From positions 124,001 through 188,000 of the forward strand of contig JALMLS010000194.1 in the NCBI GenBank assembly GCA_038496445.1: a stretch of DNA of 64,000 bases, in the 5' to 3' direction. Below are positions 1-14,163 of the stretch, piece after piece. Source of the DNA: Trichosphaerium sp. ATCC 40318. Taxonomy: Eukaryota; Protista; Tubulinea. Positions within the stretch are counted from its first letter, which is position 1; each line of letters opens with the position of its first letter. The notes beneath the pieces were generated by a model. The model worked only from the letters and a program-made list of their open reading frames with translations. It was not told where the DNA came from and searched no databases. The position numbers and the translations under genes were made by a program.

Positions 1-2327
1 TCCAAGATTTGAATGATACCAGTGTTATTGCCATCATCATCAAGTAAATTATTTACACGGTCTTGCAGCGTCGTCCAAGCAGACAGAGGATCTTCATCCT
101 ACAATCATATATTAGTTTGAGAGGCAACCAAAAAAGATAAGATTCCGTACCTTTATAGCTGTAAAATTTTCAATTGCTGTAAGAACACCTTCGTAGTTCT
201 TTGTTGTTCCATGAGAACTAAACATACCACCGACTGTAGCAGGTGGAGCAAAACGCGGAGGTAATACTGGAATATTCTTCATAATAAAGAGAGATAAAAA
301 GGATTCCAGGGTGACTTAAAAAAAATTAATCAAAAAAAATACGATTGGGATTTTTTCTCAAAAATAAATCTAGCTGTGACACGTACAAACATTGAATATT
401 GGCATCCATAATTCTTTAGAAATATACCAAACGCACTTGAGGTACGCTTCAAGTTCTCCAGTATGAACAAACCTCTGCTTGGCAGCACGATTTTCTGAGG
501 GAGAAAATAAGCGTGTTTTCACAGAAGTTGAAAACATTGCAATGTTTTGTATTTCTGTTTGGACGTACTCTTTTGTACTTGATCCTTCTCCAAGTTTGTT
601 AATGTTTTATAATCTCTACCACCAGTCGAAGTTTTTTGACCAAAAAGCCATTTTGCAACAGCATCAATAGGTTCAGAAAATGTTTCTTGAGCATCATCCG
701 GATTAAAGCTTTTTGTTTCTCCATCATTCTTTTTCTTTGATCTCTTTGACGCTGGACGTGACTCCTAGATAAGTATTTAATACCTTAATCCATAACGACA
801 CAATGTGGAAGTGTTGTAAAGGCCACAATAAAAATAATTTGGTGGTAAGAGAATTTTTAGGAGAACTTACCGATACAAGTGTTGCTAAATCATATTCTCC
901 ATTTAATATATGACTATAACTGACAAGTGGATATGTAATACCATCAGCGAGCATAAGATCTTTTTCTCTTCGACGAAGAGTGTCAAGCATGACAAGTCCT
1001 GTAGAAGTTGAATTTTTTTGGAATTTTAACACTTTCCTAAAACAAAACACTTAGTACTCGATGTCACAGCCATGAATATAATTAAACAGTGCGCAAATAT
1101 TCATTTTGTGAGATAAAAACGGTATTACATAGGCAAGAACACCAAAAAAGAGGAAAAGTTTTTCTAAAAAAATGAACGTACGCTCCACAATGTGGACATT
1201 TCTTTGAACGGCCAAGGTAAGCATAAAGTTTCTTTTTCAAGTAAACTAATGCATCAGATGTAGTTGCAAAATAAGGATCATTCTTTTCAGTTGCATTTGT
1301 ATTTTGAGCATGGTCAGCTAATTTCCTTATAATTTTTGTATAACTCCCCTTGTACAATTCTATAAAATCAGGAACTGTTTGTGACTGTTCACTACGTTCT
1401 GCAGCATCAGATATTTTACTAATACCAGATTGGATAGCAGCTCTAAAAACAAGTAATTAGGAGTACTCTAGTGGCGTTTCCAAGTCAATTTTTTTCGAAA
1501 CATTTTTTTTTTTTTGACACATTTCGATTTTTTTCTTATTCCCTCTTAGGGTGTACGTACTGCATTTCTTTAGGTGAGGCAATGCCAGTGTGTATTAAAT
1601 TAGCAAAATATGCATCAATGTCACCCTTCCTAGCTGCTTTTGCGATTTCGATAAATTCGCGTAACTAAACAATACAGGGTCAGATCTTTACGCTTCACTT
1701 TTAAACTTTTTTTTTTGTTGTAACGTGTTTTTGAAATAATTTTTTTTCAACAAGGAAAGAAGCGAAATTTTGGATTTTTTTGAAGGGGAAAATAGTATCA
1801 TTCCGCTTGTTTTCGTGTGTACACATAATTTTCTTGATGAGAAATGGATTTGGAGAAGATGTTTTCTCACTTGAGAAACATTGGTTAATTCGGTTTTTCG
1901 ACGTACCTCAGTCACAGACAGGCGTATTTTATGGCAATTGGTGCAACAAGCGCTCACGACTTTGAGAATGTCGCCGTAGCGTAATGCGATTGGGTTTATA
2001 ACCGCTACTGGTAGTTCAATGTGTCCGTAATGCCCTGGGCAGAAACGATAATCTTGTGCGCATGTGGGACATAAACTAGCAACAAAGTCAGTTTTTCTGT
2101 GCCCAGGCACGTCTGTTAGCGTACATATCAGGCTCGAAGGGGCCAAGCTTTTGATCTAATGGTGTTCCGGCTCTATCACCTAATACACCACGCCCTCTTG
2201 TAACTTGCACCACACTGATCTTTCGTACTTCTTCTGGCGTGTAAAACCCATACTTCAAACCAATTACGTTGGCGTCGAGTACTTCTCGTTTAGGCTGTCT
2301 CCTTATACTAGAGCGGTTAAGAGACAT
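1..2327 (-). CDS. RPA1: RNA polymerase I largest subunit, 5' part (multi-exon, runs off the window start)
   Basis: Spliced exons give FYTPEEVRKISV...LGP...CPTCAQDYRFCPGHYGHIELPVAVINP, then CTNC...KKCPHC (second Zn site) and FFIMKNIPVLPPRF near position 280, matching the Pol I N-terminal clamp. Confidence 0.88.
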
Positions 2328-2421
2328 GTGTCATGTGCCAAAAACAAAAAATTCTGCTTCTGCCGGCAAAAATATCCCAAAAATTGTTTTAGTCAACATT
2401 TGGTCCGCATTTTGTTACATC

Positions 2422-5400
2422 AATGTACCAAGGTACCAAAGCGTCACGTATACGCATTAACTAACGTTAAAACCAGATATTGGTGACTTTTGGGTTTGGG
2501 GAAACAATACACAAGGTATTCCGTTAAAAACGTTCAATATGTTATCTAAATATCGCGTATAGGTCAAATAGCGCTTGACGAACATCGGGTATACGATGTG
2601 CCCGTACATAACAAAAGACTTGTCGGCGTTACATTACGGAGCGTATCTTGTGGTCTCAGGCATACTCTAATAGTCGGTACGTTACAGAAGTTAAAAGTGG
2701 CGTTTCAATTGCACGTTGAATCCTCTAACATTCGTAATACACTTAGATACAGCAGGCGACATACACGGATTCGGCTCAAACGCGTTTGGGCAGCTTGGTA
2801 AAGAAGTAACAGATTTGCCTATATCCAATGACCCTATAACCATACCCATTGGCAAGAATGCACGTTCATTACGCGCTTGCTGTGGACAAAATCATTCGTA
2901 AGTGTCAAGGGATAAATTCAATGAATACCCACTTGTATAATCCTCAATCACGCTTCGAATCATGACAGCGCTGGATATACTCGCCGTGTTTTCTAAATTT
3001 TAAATGGTTACCATGTTAATGACTCAAAATTGTTAGTGTTTGCAAACTGCCTAACGGACGTATCTTTACCTGGGGATTCGATGGTAGTAACCAACTTGGA
3101 AGAGAAGTACGTCACCACACAAGGCCCGAAATTTACGCATGTCATTGGGTGTTTCTTTGAACAAAGTGTTAACGAAGCTTGGTTTTTCGAAAAAAAATAG
3201 ATTTTGATTCTTGTCACTTTCCCTTTTGTTTTGTAACCGGCAGTGTATAGGGTAGTACATCAAAACCTCGTGTGGTAAGGGAGAATATGAAAAAACACGC
3301 AGTGCGATACATTGCAGCCGGAAATTCGCACACAGTTTGTGCAACAAGGGAAGGAAAAGTTCTAGCTTGGGGACGTGGTAAACAAGGTACCAATCTACCT
3401 CTTTTTTTCAAAACACCTCTTATAACACATTCTCTAGGGCAACTTGGCCACGGAGAAGGGTTTGATTATATTTTACCAAAGTTGGTGCCTGGTTTGGATG
3501 ACCACAAAGTAGTCATGCTGGCATGTGGTTCAGCATTTACTATTGCACTTACAAGCACGTTCATTCCTCTTTTTTGAAACACGTGATTAATTTAGCGGTT
3601 AGAACAGATGAGGGTGTTTGCTTGGGGTACTAATGGCGATGGTAACTTGGGCATCAATACATATTGCACGTGATTTAAATCAAACCGAATTTGGCCTAAC
3701 AAGGTTTTTTTTAGCGAACCAAATACGTCCTGCTGAAATCAAACTGCTAGAAGGTAAAGGTATAAAATACATTTCGTGTGGATGGCGTCATACACTTGCA
3801 TTATCTACACAAGGTGATTGTTGGGTTTGGGGACACAACAAGTGCGTATAAACCACCAACCTTGAACAATTATTTTATTTTTTCTCATTTGTTTCATCTG
3901 CTAGTTATGGACAACTTGGTCTTGGGCATGAAGCAAATTTATCATCACCAAAGATTGTAAGGGCGTTGATCGGTCATAATTTGATAGGTATAGCTGGTGG
4001 ATGGAAACATAGCGCATGGGTTACTGGTACGGCCAAAATTTTAGATTTTTCTTTTTTTTTTGGCTGAGTATCATCACATTTCCTCTTTTCCTTCCCTCCT
4101 TAAGCGGACCTGACAGATGAAGAAATATAGATCTCGGTGATGTCTTTACTGCTGGTAGTGGATTGATGGCGCAGGTAACAAAGACATTTTATATTTGAGT
4201 GTACTGATGAAGTGTTAATAAGACGGGTATCGGTGCCAATGCTCCTAACTTAACTACTCCACAAGTGATGCTTTCTGGACAGTGTATCGATGATATCTTT
4301 TGTGGTGGTGAATTCACAATAGCTATACCACAATCTCCTTTACATTTCCCATTAGCAAAAGACTTGCTTAAAGTACTAAACACGAAACAATTCGCAAATG
4401 TTTGGTTCAATGTTGGTACGCAAAATATATTTGTCTAAGATCACGTGCTCTTTGTCTCTTACATTTTTTTCTTTATTACAGAGTCTAAGACTATCTACGC
4501 ACATTCTATAATTATTGTACATCGTTGTAAAGTATTGGGTGATTTGATCGTTGAAGCTTTTGATAATTTGAGTGAAGATCAAAGTAAAACAAGGGTAGTC
4601 ATTGACATCCCTGATGTCACTCATGATTCATTCCTCAAAGTTTTGGAGTTTATCTATACAGGATATATTTCAATACCAAAACCTATAGCTTCAAGCGTCC
4701 TTCATTTATCACAGATATACGCATTGCCTAGACTCGAGTACGCAAATATTTTCGGAATTCCTGCCGAACCAAATTTTTTTTTTGTGTTCCTCTTTGTTTA
4801 ATGTGTTCAATTAGAGCTCTTTGTAATCGTACACTTCGTAATTATAAGGGCCCACTTCCTATAGGGACTTTTGCTTCTGATATACGAGCATTAATGAATG
4901 ATGAAGAAAGCGCAGACATCATCTTTTCTGTGACTTCTGGATGTTTGTCAACTCACACAGGAACCAATTTCTTATACGCAGTAAGAGCCAAACACTAAAT
5001 TCCACTTTTGTAGTACTCATATCCGTTTCTAGCACCGATTCATATTGCAAGCACGTGCACCTGAATTTTGTATTGCATATGGTATTCAATCTGCTGATGA
5101 GTGCACTGACGCCAGTTCAAGTGATGAGTAAGTAGCTTCGGCCAGTCAAAGTAATTTGTGTTTCATGATTATACTACTTCTTAAGTCCTGTTGCACACCA
5201 CTTACCAATCTTTTATTATAGTGAAGATGAAGGCATGCGTGAAGTTGTGCCTATTACGGATATCCCAGAACTGGCATTGTTCAAAATACTTGAATATATC
5301 TACTCTGATGAGAAATCTTCAGTGGACCCTGTAAGTTTATTTTGAAGAGTTTTTTTCTTCAAACATGTTCTCATTATTTTCTCATTTCTGTTTGCAGGAT

Positions 5401-5747
5401 ATTGTATTTGAACTGCTCGAGATATGCGCTAAGCATAATCTCCCACGTATGAAACGTATTGTTGAACATGCACTATTGGTTAATGACATGATTCATGCTC
5501 AAAATGTTGTTGAAACGCTTCAGCTTGCAAAGTTATACTCGTCAGAGAGACTAAAGCAATACTGTCTCTATTACATTATACACAACTGGAAAGAGCTTCA
5601 AGAAGACGAATCATGTATAAAGAATCTCACTGATGAGGTACAGACATAAATATCTGTAAAGAGATATTGACACATGTTGTGTAGGATTTGAAGGATATTG
5701 AAGCAAAAAAGATTTTTGAGAAACCAATTGAACCGGAAGATGTATGA
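2422..5747 (+). CDS. RCC1-repeat plus tandem BTB/POZ domain protein
   Basis: Repeated RCC1 units (VSCGLRHTL, IAAGNSHTV...LAWGRG...GQLGHG, ISCGWRHTLAL) followed by two BTB domains (IYAHSIII...FLKVLEFIYTG; ADIIFSV...LEYIYSD) and a BACK-like tail. Confidence 0.85.
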
Positions 5748-6099
5748 CTTGAGACACATGCATGTGATGAAATAATACTAATTGTTTTTACCTAGGATTC
5801 TATAGGCATAGCGGATATAGTTTCTGCTGCAAGTGATACAATACGAAGTATAAGTCGATTCTTCAAAAAGTGAGCATTGCGCTCCTTGCACAAACGTTTT
5901 TTTTGAGAGGCAAACCACTACACTACAGCCTCAGAATTTACCATGTATTTTTAGCTAAAAACAAATAAAATAAATCAACCATTATAACCTCAATAATTGT
6001 TTACAAAGATTTTTTTTTACTGTTTATAATTTTAATGGTTACTATTTCTACATGGGATTGTGGTTCTTACTAAACAAGTACTACTCTATCGTGGTTTTT

Positions 6100-7663
6100 C
6101 TACTCTGAGACTGGCTCTGCAAAGAACTTACTATACTGTTCAAAAGCCATCAATGTCACAACAGTATAAGGTGCAAGGCGGACATATGTCGGTATGACTC
6201 CCTATTTGTTATATTGATGAGAAAGTGAACAACAAATCTGTGTATGTACCTTGTAAATACCTCTAAATCCTTCGGCTCTGAACGTCTTCCATAAACAATC
6301 AAACAAACCTCTAGTGTACAATATTAGATTCTTGAAAAACTGAGGAAAGGAGCGAATAAGAGATTGATTCGTACTTGTACAATGTTCCACCGCCTGCTTT
6401 TTGCGATTTTTGATTCATAATCCTCGTCTTTGCCAAGTCCACTGGTGTTGTAGTGATTGTTGTAACAACTCCAGCTATCATGGAACAAGACAATTGCATA
6501 CTAAGACCATCCTACAAAGCAACAATAAGTACAACACAAAGCACAAGATGAAGAACCGGGAATACCTTAAAGTTGGCGTGAAGAAGCATTTCTTTAATGT
6601 GATCATACACTGCCAATTGACTAGATGTAAGAAGCATAGCCCTATGATGATATGAACACGTGCTATGGATAAAAATGAAAAAATATGTATACCTTATGAC
6701 AGTAGGTCCGCATCCTCTCCAAAGAGTGTAGACGCCTTCCTCTCTGACTATACGTGTCAATCCATCTATTGCGTGCTTGTAGTTTCTCCTTTCAGCCTCT
6801 GGAAGACGCCTATCGGCTTGCATACGGACCTAGACAAGAGTTAATGGCTTTATCAACAAAACTTGTAATTGTTTATCATGATAAAAATATGTTTTTGACA
6901 TTTCGTGTTGTTTTTGACGTACCATGATTAAATCAAAAGGATTACCCACAGCAGATCCAATACCGCCAGATGCCATACCTATTGTAATTTAGAACTTTCC
7001 TTTTAATGTCATGGTGATAATTCGTCACTTAGGCAACATAAAACGCCACCACCGCTCAAGCAGGGTGTTGTTAAACAAAGATGTGATCTGTTTTCATAAT
7101 ACTGGCTGACAAGACAAAAATGCCTTGGAAATTTCAGTATGGTAGGAAATGGCGTACCGCAGGCTACCTTGACGCCAAATCCAACTGCTTCACCGTCTTT
7201 AGCGCCGAAAGCTTCTTTTATGGTTCCGTATAACCCTAAGCTTGTTGATCTGTACGTCAGCTGTCTCAGAATAGATCCACTAAGGCCCTTTAAGAAGTGT
7301 CAGTGTCATTTTTGGTAAATGCTTTAAAACACGCACGTCGTAAAACCCACGCACTCCACCATTGCGGTAGACTTGAGATATAGCGTTTGACAGGCGATTA
7401 GACAAGTTCTGATTTTTTTGAAGTTCTCCTGCATGTTTTGAGCGCGTAGATCTACTTGGGGGAATTTGCGTACCTATGAGCTGCAATCTGATCTTAATAA
7501 GGTCGATGGGATGCACCACAATTGCGGCTGTTAACGAAGATAGTCCGCCAACAATAAACCTGTTCCCTTAGCGTAAAATTAACCATAGGAATGTTATTTC
7601 ACACAACAAGGTTAGATTGTTCAACTTACCTTTACTCACTCTTCTTTTCCCTGCAAATGTCAT
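6100..7663 (-). CDS. Mitochondrial carrier (SLC25; dicarboxylate/2-oxoglutarate-malate-like)
   Basis: Three PxDxxKxR signatures (HPIDLIKIRLQ, NPFDLIMVRMQADRRLP, TPVDLAKTRIMNQ) and YKHAIDGLTRIVREEGVYTLWRG. Confidence 0.9.
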
Positions 7664-7935
7664 CTTTATGTGTTGTGTATGTGTTTATTGTAACGTGATG
7701 TATTGAACTGCTGGCCAAATTGGAAATAAAGTACACCACGCGTAACACACAATGGGAACAGCGAGTCAAACTTCATGTCATAGCGTATGCAATTCATAAA
7801 AAACAAGCTCTAGGAGTCACAGGGATAGTTTTCTTTGGTCGCTGAGGACGGGAGTAGGCCTAAGGAGGGAGTGATTAAGTGATGGTTGTTGGCCAATATT
7901 TCCTAAATTTGATTTTTCGTACGTCTATTCCCAAC

Positions 7936-10900
7936 ATGGCGGATGACGAGCAAACGTACTTGATAAAGCCAACAAAGACTGATGGGTCTACTTCTCTTCA
8001 GGCACGTTTTTAAAACAGCCATGACTTCAGAATTAAGCTAAAACAGCGTCAGTCTGAAGAAACAGTGTCTGTGGAGGATGACAGAGAGCGTGATTTGCCA
8101 GAAATTACAGGTACATTTATTTTTTCAACAATGACGCTTGACAGTGCGTAGTAAAGGCAGTCGTTATGGTTTTGATACTTAGTTTGCTACTGTCATCAGC
8201 CAATACGTATTTGGGCTTATTCGCAGGTAAGGAACTTTAAAACGTTGTGTTTTGCTTTAACAATACTTCTCACGAGCGTTTTAACGTGTTTGATTACACG
8301 CTAGTCTATTTACAGCAACGTGACTCTTCATTTTCTTACAGATTTTGTTCAGGCCTCACGATATCAGTTTCAATACCAGCAGCTATTATAACAATGGCTG
8401 TTTTCTCATTACCATGGTTCCAAACGAATATCCTGGAGATTAATGCGGTTCAAACAGGTAAGAAAAAAAAATCAGGAAAAAAAATTATGATCCGAACTTA
8501 CTTTCGACAACCCACCCTTCATGCCTGATTTCCTTCTTAAAAGGTAGTTCTACTGGATCATCTATGGCAGCTGGTATTATATTCACATTACCAGCACTGA
8601 TACTGATACACAGAGATGATTGTACGTTCATCTATCGACGAGATGTGTTTGCTTTAAACAGAAAAATTGGATTTTGTTTTCTTTCTTACCCTAGGTACCT
8701 TCTGACACGCTCGTTCTAGCCACGGATGCAATAGGATGGGAGAAAATAGATTTCTTACAGACAACGGCTATAGCGGCACTTGGTGGATTGATAGGCGTAC
8801 GACCATTTCTTTTAGAGTCTTTTTTTTTTCTTTTCTTTTCTGAACTCTGTAACTTTTAACACGTTGCCTAGGTCGCTTTTTCTATTCCTTTACGAAGAGC
8901 ACTTATTGTAGAGACACCCGGATTGACATTTCCAGAAGGATTAGCGACTGCTGAGATTCTTAAAGTGTACAAAGGTGCAAACGCCCAACAGAGAAAATTT
9001 CAGTTGATTGTAATCATCGTTGGTGCTGCTGTGCGTGCCTAGTTTTTTTTTATAAATCAGATTTTTTTACCAAAGCATTTTGACATTCTGTACAGGTTGG
9101 CGCTGTTGTAAAGTTCTTTGAGTCTGGATTCCAGACATGGACAAGCTCTACGACCTTTGCTGCTTATATTGGCAAATACCTCTTTGTACTAGCACTCAAC
9201 TCATCACCAGCACTTCTCGGTGTAGGATATATAGTGGTACGTACTCTATATCACGTGATACCGAAGCGTTTCGCTTAAATAAGCTGCTTTTTTGCACGAG
9301 ACTTATTGACTGTTAATAGGGTCTTCGTATTGGTTTTTTGCTTATTCTGGGCGGTATCGTAAGCTGGTGGCTCGCTATCCCGATTTACCTTATCGTTAGG
9401 GATGATGTACGCTGAAATATTCATTTGATAGTTGACTTGACGTGTTGATGTGTCATTTAGCATGATTGCTTCTTTGATCCGGCTACCAATGCCACCTTGA
9501 GCAATGCAGAGATGGCAGATTGTGTGTGGTCCACTGAGATACGTTATCTTGGCGTGGGCGCCATGTTGATGGGTATGGGAGGTCGACGAGCACTTTTTTA
9601 GTGACATCATGGTTAGGTGGTATTGGTACCATCTTTGTCATTGGCAAGAGTCTAATTAATGGTGTGAAGTCAGCTATTCGGGCATTCAAAATCATGCGTA
9701 AGCACAGCTGGAAAGGCATAGAACGCACAGAAAGGTACGCAATCCACAAACAACAGCCAACTTTGGGCGTTTTTTTGGTTTATTTTTTTTGATTAGGGAT
9801 ACACCGTTACCTATTGTTATTGCAGTAGCACTTGTTGCAGTCATTCCTTTGTTTGCAATATTTTGGCTGTTCACCTCTAATCCAGGAGTATCGGCGTTTA
9901 TGGCGATATTTATGATCATCACTGGTTTCCTTTTCTCATCTGGCACGTGCTCCACATACATTTTTATAAATAGGATAAAACAGAGCTAACTCGTTGTTAT
10001 AGTCGGCGCATATATGGCTGGTCTAGTTGGATCCTCAAACAATCCTATTTCAGGAGTGACACTCGCAACCATTATCACAGCAGGTACTGTTTTTGAGCTG
10101 TTAGCTGTAGAATAGAGTAGTTTTTATTAAAGTGTTTTGTAGCTGCTGTATTACTAGGTTTCCTTGGTAGTAATAATCCATTGGGACCAAGTTCAGCAAT
10201 ACTGATTGGATCGGTTGTATGTTGTGCAGCTGGCGTAGCAGGAGATTCTATGCAAGATCTAAAAACAGGACACATGGTAAAATCCACACCATTCAAACTT
10301 CAAATCATGCAAGGTAAAAAACACTGAGCGCAGCTCTCTAGATAAAACCCTTATCTAACCTCCTTATAGCTATTGGAGTTTTAGTGCCATCAGTGGTTGT
10401 AGCACCTGTACTGAGTCTATTAATAGAGGCCTATGTAAGTTACCTTTTGTTGACTTTTTTTTTTTTCGTTTATTGTGTATTGTGCTTTGCTTGTACATCA
10501 GAATTCTAATGTTGCTCTACAGGGTATTGGTAAAGTAACAGAAGCAAATCCAACACCTTTAACGGCACCGCAAGGTACGCAGTTGTTAGATAAAAGCAAG
10601 AAAGAGACAAACCCCTTTTGACATGTTGTGTTTAGCTGTTTTGATGCAATCCGTCTCTACTGTTATATTTTATGGTGGTATGCCTTATGCAGTTGTGGGT
10701 ATAGGTGCAGGGTTAGCAGCACTCGTATTGATTTATGATACTATCCTTGGGATGTGCAAATGTTCGTTCCGAGTCCCAGGTAATTAACTCTTGATTCAAT
10801 CCAAAACACTCTCGAGTTTAAGTATTTCTGTAGTGCTGGCTGTTGCTCTTGGTTTATACCTACCATTCGATCTATTAACGCCTATTTTCCTTGGAGGATT

Positions 10901-11321
10901 CGTATCTTGGCTAGGAAAAATTACGTTGAAGAAGTATCGCGTCAATGCCAAGGTACGGGCATAAGGAGCATTTCATTTTCACTACTTTTTTTACATATTT
11001 CTCATGTCTTGTACAGGATGATGCAAGGCGCGGTCTTCTCCTCGCTGCTGGTATGATTACTGGAGAGGCTTTGATGGGTATTGTCCTTGCTATACCGATA
11101 GTTGCGAGCGGAAAGAGCGATATTATGGCACGTGCCAGTAAAAGTGATTTCTTTGTTGACATTGTTTATAGGCTATCATTAAAGACCCTCTAACATGGCC
11201 TGGTATCATTGTACTTGTATTAGTCATGGTAATGTTATACCTCTGTGTAATTTACAAGAGGATCTTTGCTTGGAAGAACCAACCGAAGACTGCTAGACCA
11301 TTCAACAACACAACAGCTTGA
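7936..11321 (+). CDS. OPT-family oligopeptide transporter (YSL/prokaryote-like clade)
   Basis: Exons encode YLGLFAGLTISVSIPAA, FPEGLATAEIL, GLVGSSNNPISGVTLAT, AGDSMQDLKTG, LTAPQA and GLLLAAGMITGEALMGI. Confidence 0.9.
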
Positions 11322-11487
11322 TCGCTGTAACAATAAATATACTAGTAAAATAAAATACATTTTTCAATAAAATATTAATACGCTCTGCAAACTTAGTATG
11401 CTCAAAGCCATTAAATAATCGCAAAAGTTTAAGGGTATCGAAATAAGAAACTTGTGTGGAAAAAAAACTGTATTTGTGAGTCGAACG

Positions 11488-13213
11488 TTAGTCGGTTTTT
11501 GCGTTCGCTCTTGAGTTCTTATTGCTCCATGACCTTTCACGTGCAACCCAATCTCTTACAAAAAATACAACGTTACCAGTGTTCTCTACAAACCTACAGC
11601 CACACATTGTCTGCCACAAAGAGGCTAGAGGTGACAAAGAAGATTTTCTGTGGTAGTCTCTTATGACAGGTTCGATATGCGTCGTTGCCTTGGTGAGGTT
11701 GTAGTGAGGTAATTTCGTGAACATGTGATGAACAACGTGTGTTCCGATGTTGTGGTGCCAATTTTCTATCCCGTAGTCTCTATCGACAGTAGACAAAGCA
11801 CCACTATTTTAGGAATAAGACAACTCACAATTATCAACAGAAAAAGTTGTTGGGTGTTGTAATTTTTTTTTTTCGTTGAAAAGTCTGGTTCGTACCGTAA
11901 GTAGTTCCATTCCTCGTTACGGTACCATGGTACATCTATATCGATTTTAAACAAATAAAGCTTAACGGTACAAACATTGTTCAGAAAATGTGTACCTGGG
12001 TGAGTGTGGTGGAGTAAGGTGACTGAAGATATCCAAGCGTTGAACACTAGAATAGGTCCTCCATAGAGGATAGCGACAGGTAGAACGCCAAATACATACG
12101 CGAGGTATGCAATGAATATCATCCAACCAATAGTCAAAGCAGAGGACAAAGCAACACCAGCACGCTCTTCTTTCCTATTGAAAAGCGGTTAGGAAACAAA
12201 ATCCTAAAAAAAACGAAAAAGAATAGTTGAAAAAACCACGTGCTTGAAAGTCTTAGCGTATGGATTAAAGTGACTGTAGTACTCTATAGGCATACCAAGC
12301 ATCTAAGTAATTACGTTAAGATAAATATGTTAGTAGTATGTTGTGTACGAGGTAGATTGTGTATCCGAAAACAACAAAGCCTTGGAATCGGAAGAACTTC
12401 TCTATTGTACCAATCTTTTTATAAAATTGTTCCTATAAAGCGTATAGCTTCTCGTTAGGTTGACAGTCAATGGAATTGGTATTGGGAAAACAAAAAGAGC
12501 TAGTGTGCACTTACAGATAAGGCTACCCAGCTCTCATCCTTTTGTGCGTTGCCGTGGTAGGTGTGATGCTTCTTGTGACTTAGTCTCCAGCTGTGGAAGG
12601 GTACGATCAATGGTGTATGCGCTAGATGCCCTACAATGTCGCAAACAAGCGTAGAGCTATCAACCAAGTGTTAATACTATAGTTTAGCGTAAAAACGCGT
12701 TTTGACGCTAAGAGATGAGTGTTTGGCGTGAATAAAAGCGTGTCAATAATGGAAAAACTTGGGATCACGTGCAAATTGTAGAACAGTAAGTATTTTGGCT
12801 TACCTTGAGAAGGAACGGTGTCCACAGTCATGTCCTACTACGAAGAGAGCCCAAAAGTAGGTTCCTGTTATAAAAGCCCAAGGCAAGTACAGGATCGGCC
12901 ACTGAGTCATGTAATCACTCGCTGGGTATATAGCGAGCCAGTACAGGAAAGCAATAGCCAAAACATCCCTGAGGAAGTACGTTAGCCGACTTTTTTTTTA
13001 TGGAGAGCGTTGCACACTGAAACAACTCACTTACTTTGCGAAGAAGTACAAAGAATACGCCGTGTTACTAACAAATAGGTGTTTGGGTATGGCACTTCGC
13101 ACTTTTGATATTGTGAATGGTGGCGCTCTTGTAATGTGCGGAAATTCGGTTTCATTGTCGTGGGGTATCATTTGCGCTTGTTTTACGTATGGTACGCGTA
13201 AAAGTCGCATCAT
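11488..13213 (-). CDS. Omega-3/delta-12-type membrane fatty acid desaturase
   Basis: His boxes FWALFVVGHDCGH, HKKHHTYH and HNIGTHVVHH, plus PPFTISKVRSAIPKH and STVDRDYG. The HNIGTH form resembles FAD3/DesB more than FAD2. Confidence 0.9.
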
Positions 13214-14163
13214 TTCTCAAGTTTTTTTACGAGAATGCGAATTGCTGTGCTAACACTGCGCTGCAGACATTTCCTATGCATAAAATAGGCGTACGAACTA
13301 ATACCGCCTTCAGAGCGTAATTTTAGGGATAGATGAAAATGCTGTGCGCTATTCTTCATTTACGGAGTGGAGTGCTACAAACGCAAAATGAGTACCATAG
13401 GTGCACGTTTATAGCTTTTCGAGCAACTGACTAGCACAAAACTTGCTGTTGGCAACAAACACCAATATAATGTGCCTTTCGCTGTACTGCAACCAACAAG
13501 TGCTTTCTTACTGTTGCGCTTCCGAGACAGACAAAAGCAGATTACTCTGTTCTATTTCGTCTTTCGACGTTTAAGACTAGTCTAATCAAGGTAGTCTCTG
13601 GTAGCAAGGTTTGGCGTTTATTTACCCATCCTGTTTATGTCAAGATAAATTCCAGAACATTACAACGCGCCGCAGAAAGAAAGAAACAAAATTGTATTTC
13701 TCGAAGCAAGTGGTTTTTTCTTAGGGCTCTCTGTTTCACAGGAGTTGTGTTTCTTAGTGGACACCCGTTTGCTACACGGGAAGTTCCCAATTGCAAAAGA
13801 GTTCATAGGAAGGCGACAGCCTTTATTTTGTTGTTCGCAAGTGTCGTCATATAGAGCAGCTTTTTTGTTGAGTGGAACAAAGTTCTGTCAAACCTGCACA
13901 GCTTTATCCATTGGTGCCGCATTCAATGAGACAGGCATTATGTAGAGCATAAGGATTATCAACCCACCGTGAGTGCGCACGATATAAAACACTTTGAATA
14001 CTTCACTACCAAGTATTAAAACGACTTTAACACGACAGTAACGCGTTGTAGTCCCTTTTTACCAAACTGTTAACGCTCTAAAAAATCTTATGCACCAGAT
14101 CTGTTGTAACGTTTTTTTCACACTTTTATAAACATACTTTCAACACTCGCCTGACACCTCTTC

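Noticed and set aside
300-1460. ORFs 724-1050 and 1082-1357 as nested genes inside RPA1
   Set aside because: They splice into RPA1, supplying the KKCPHC Zn motif and variable region. They are exons plus read-through intron sequence.
13260-14150. Possible small gene between the desaturase and the PHYHIP-like gene
   Set aside because: Only short open frames without a consistent splice model or motif.
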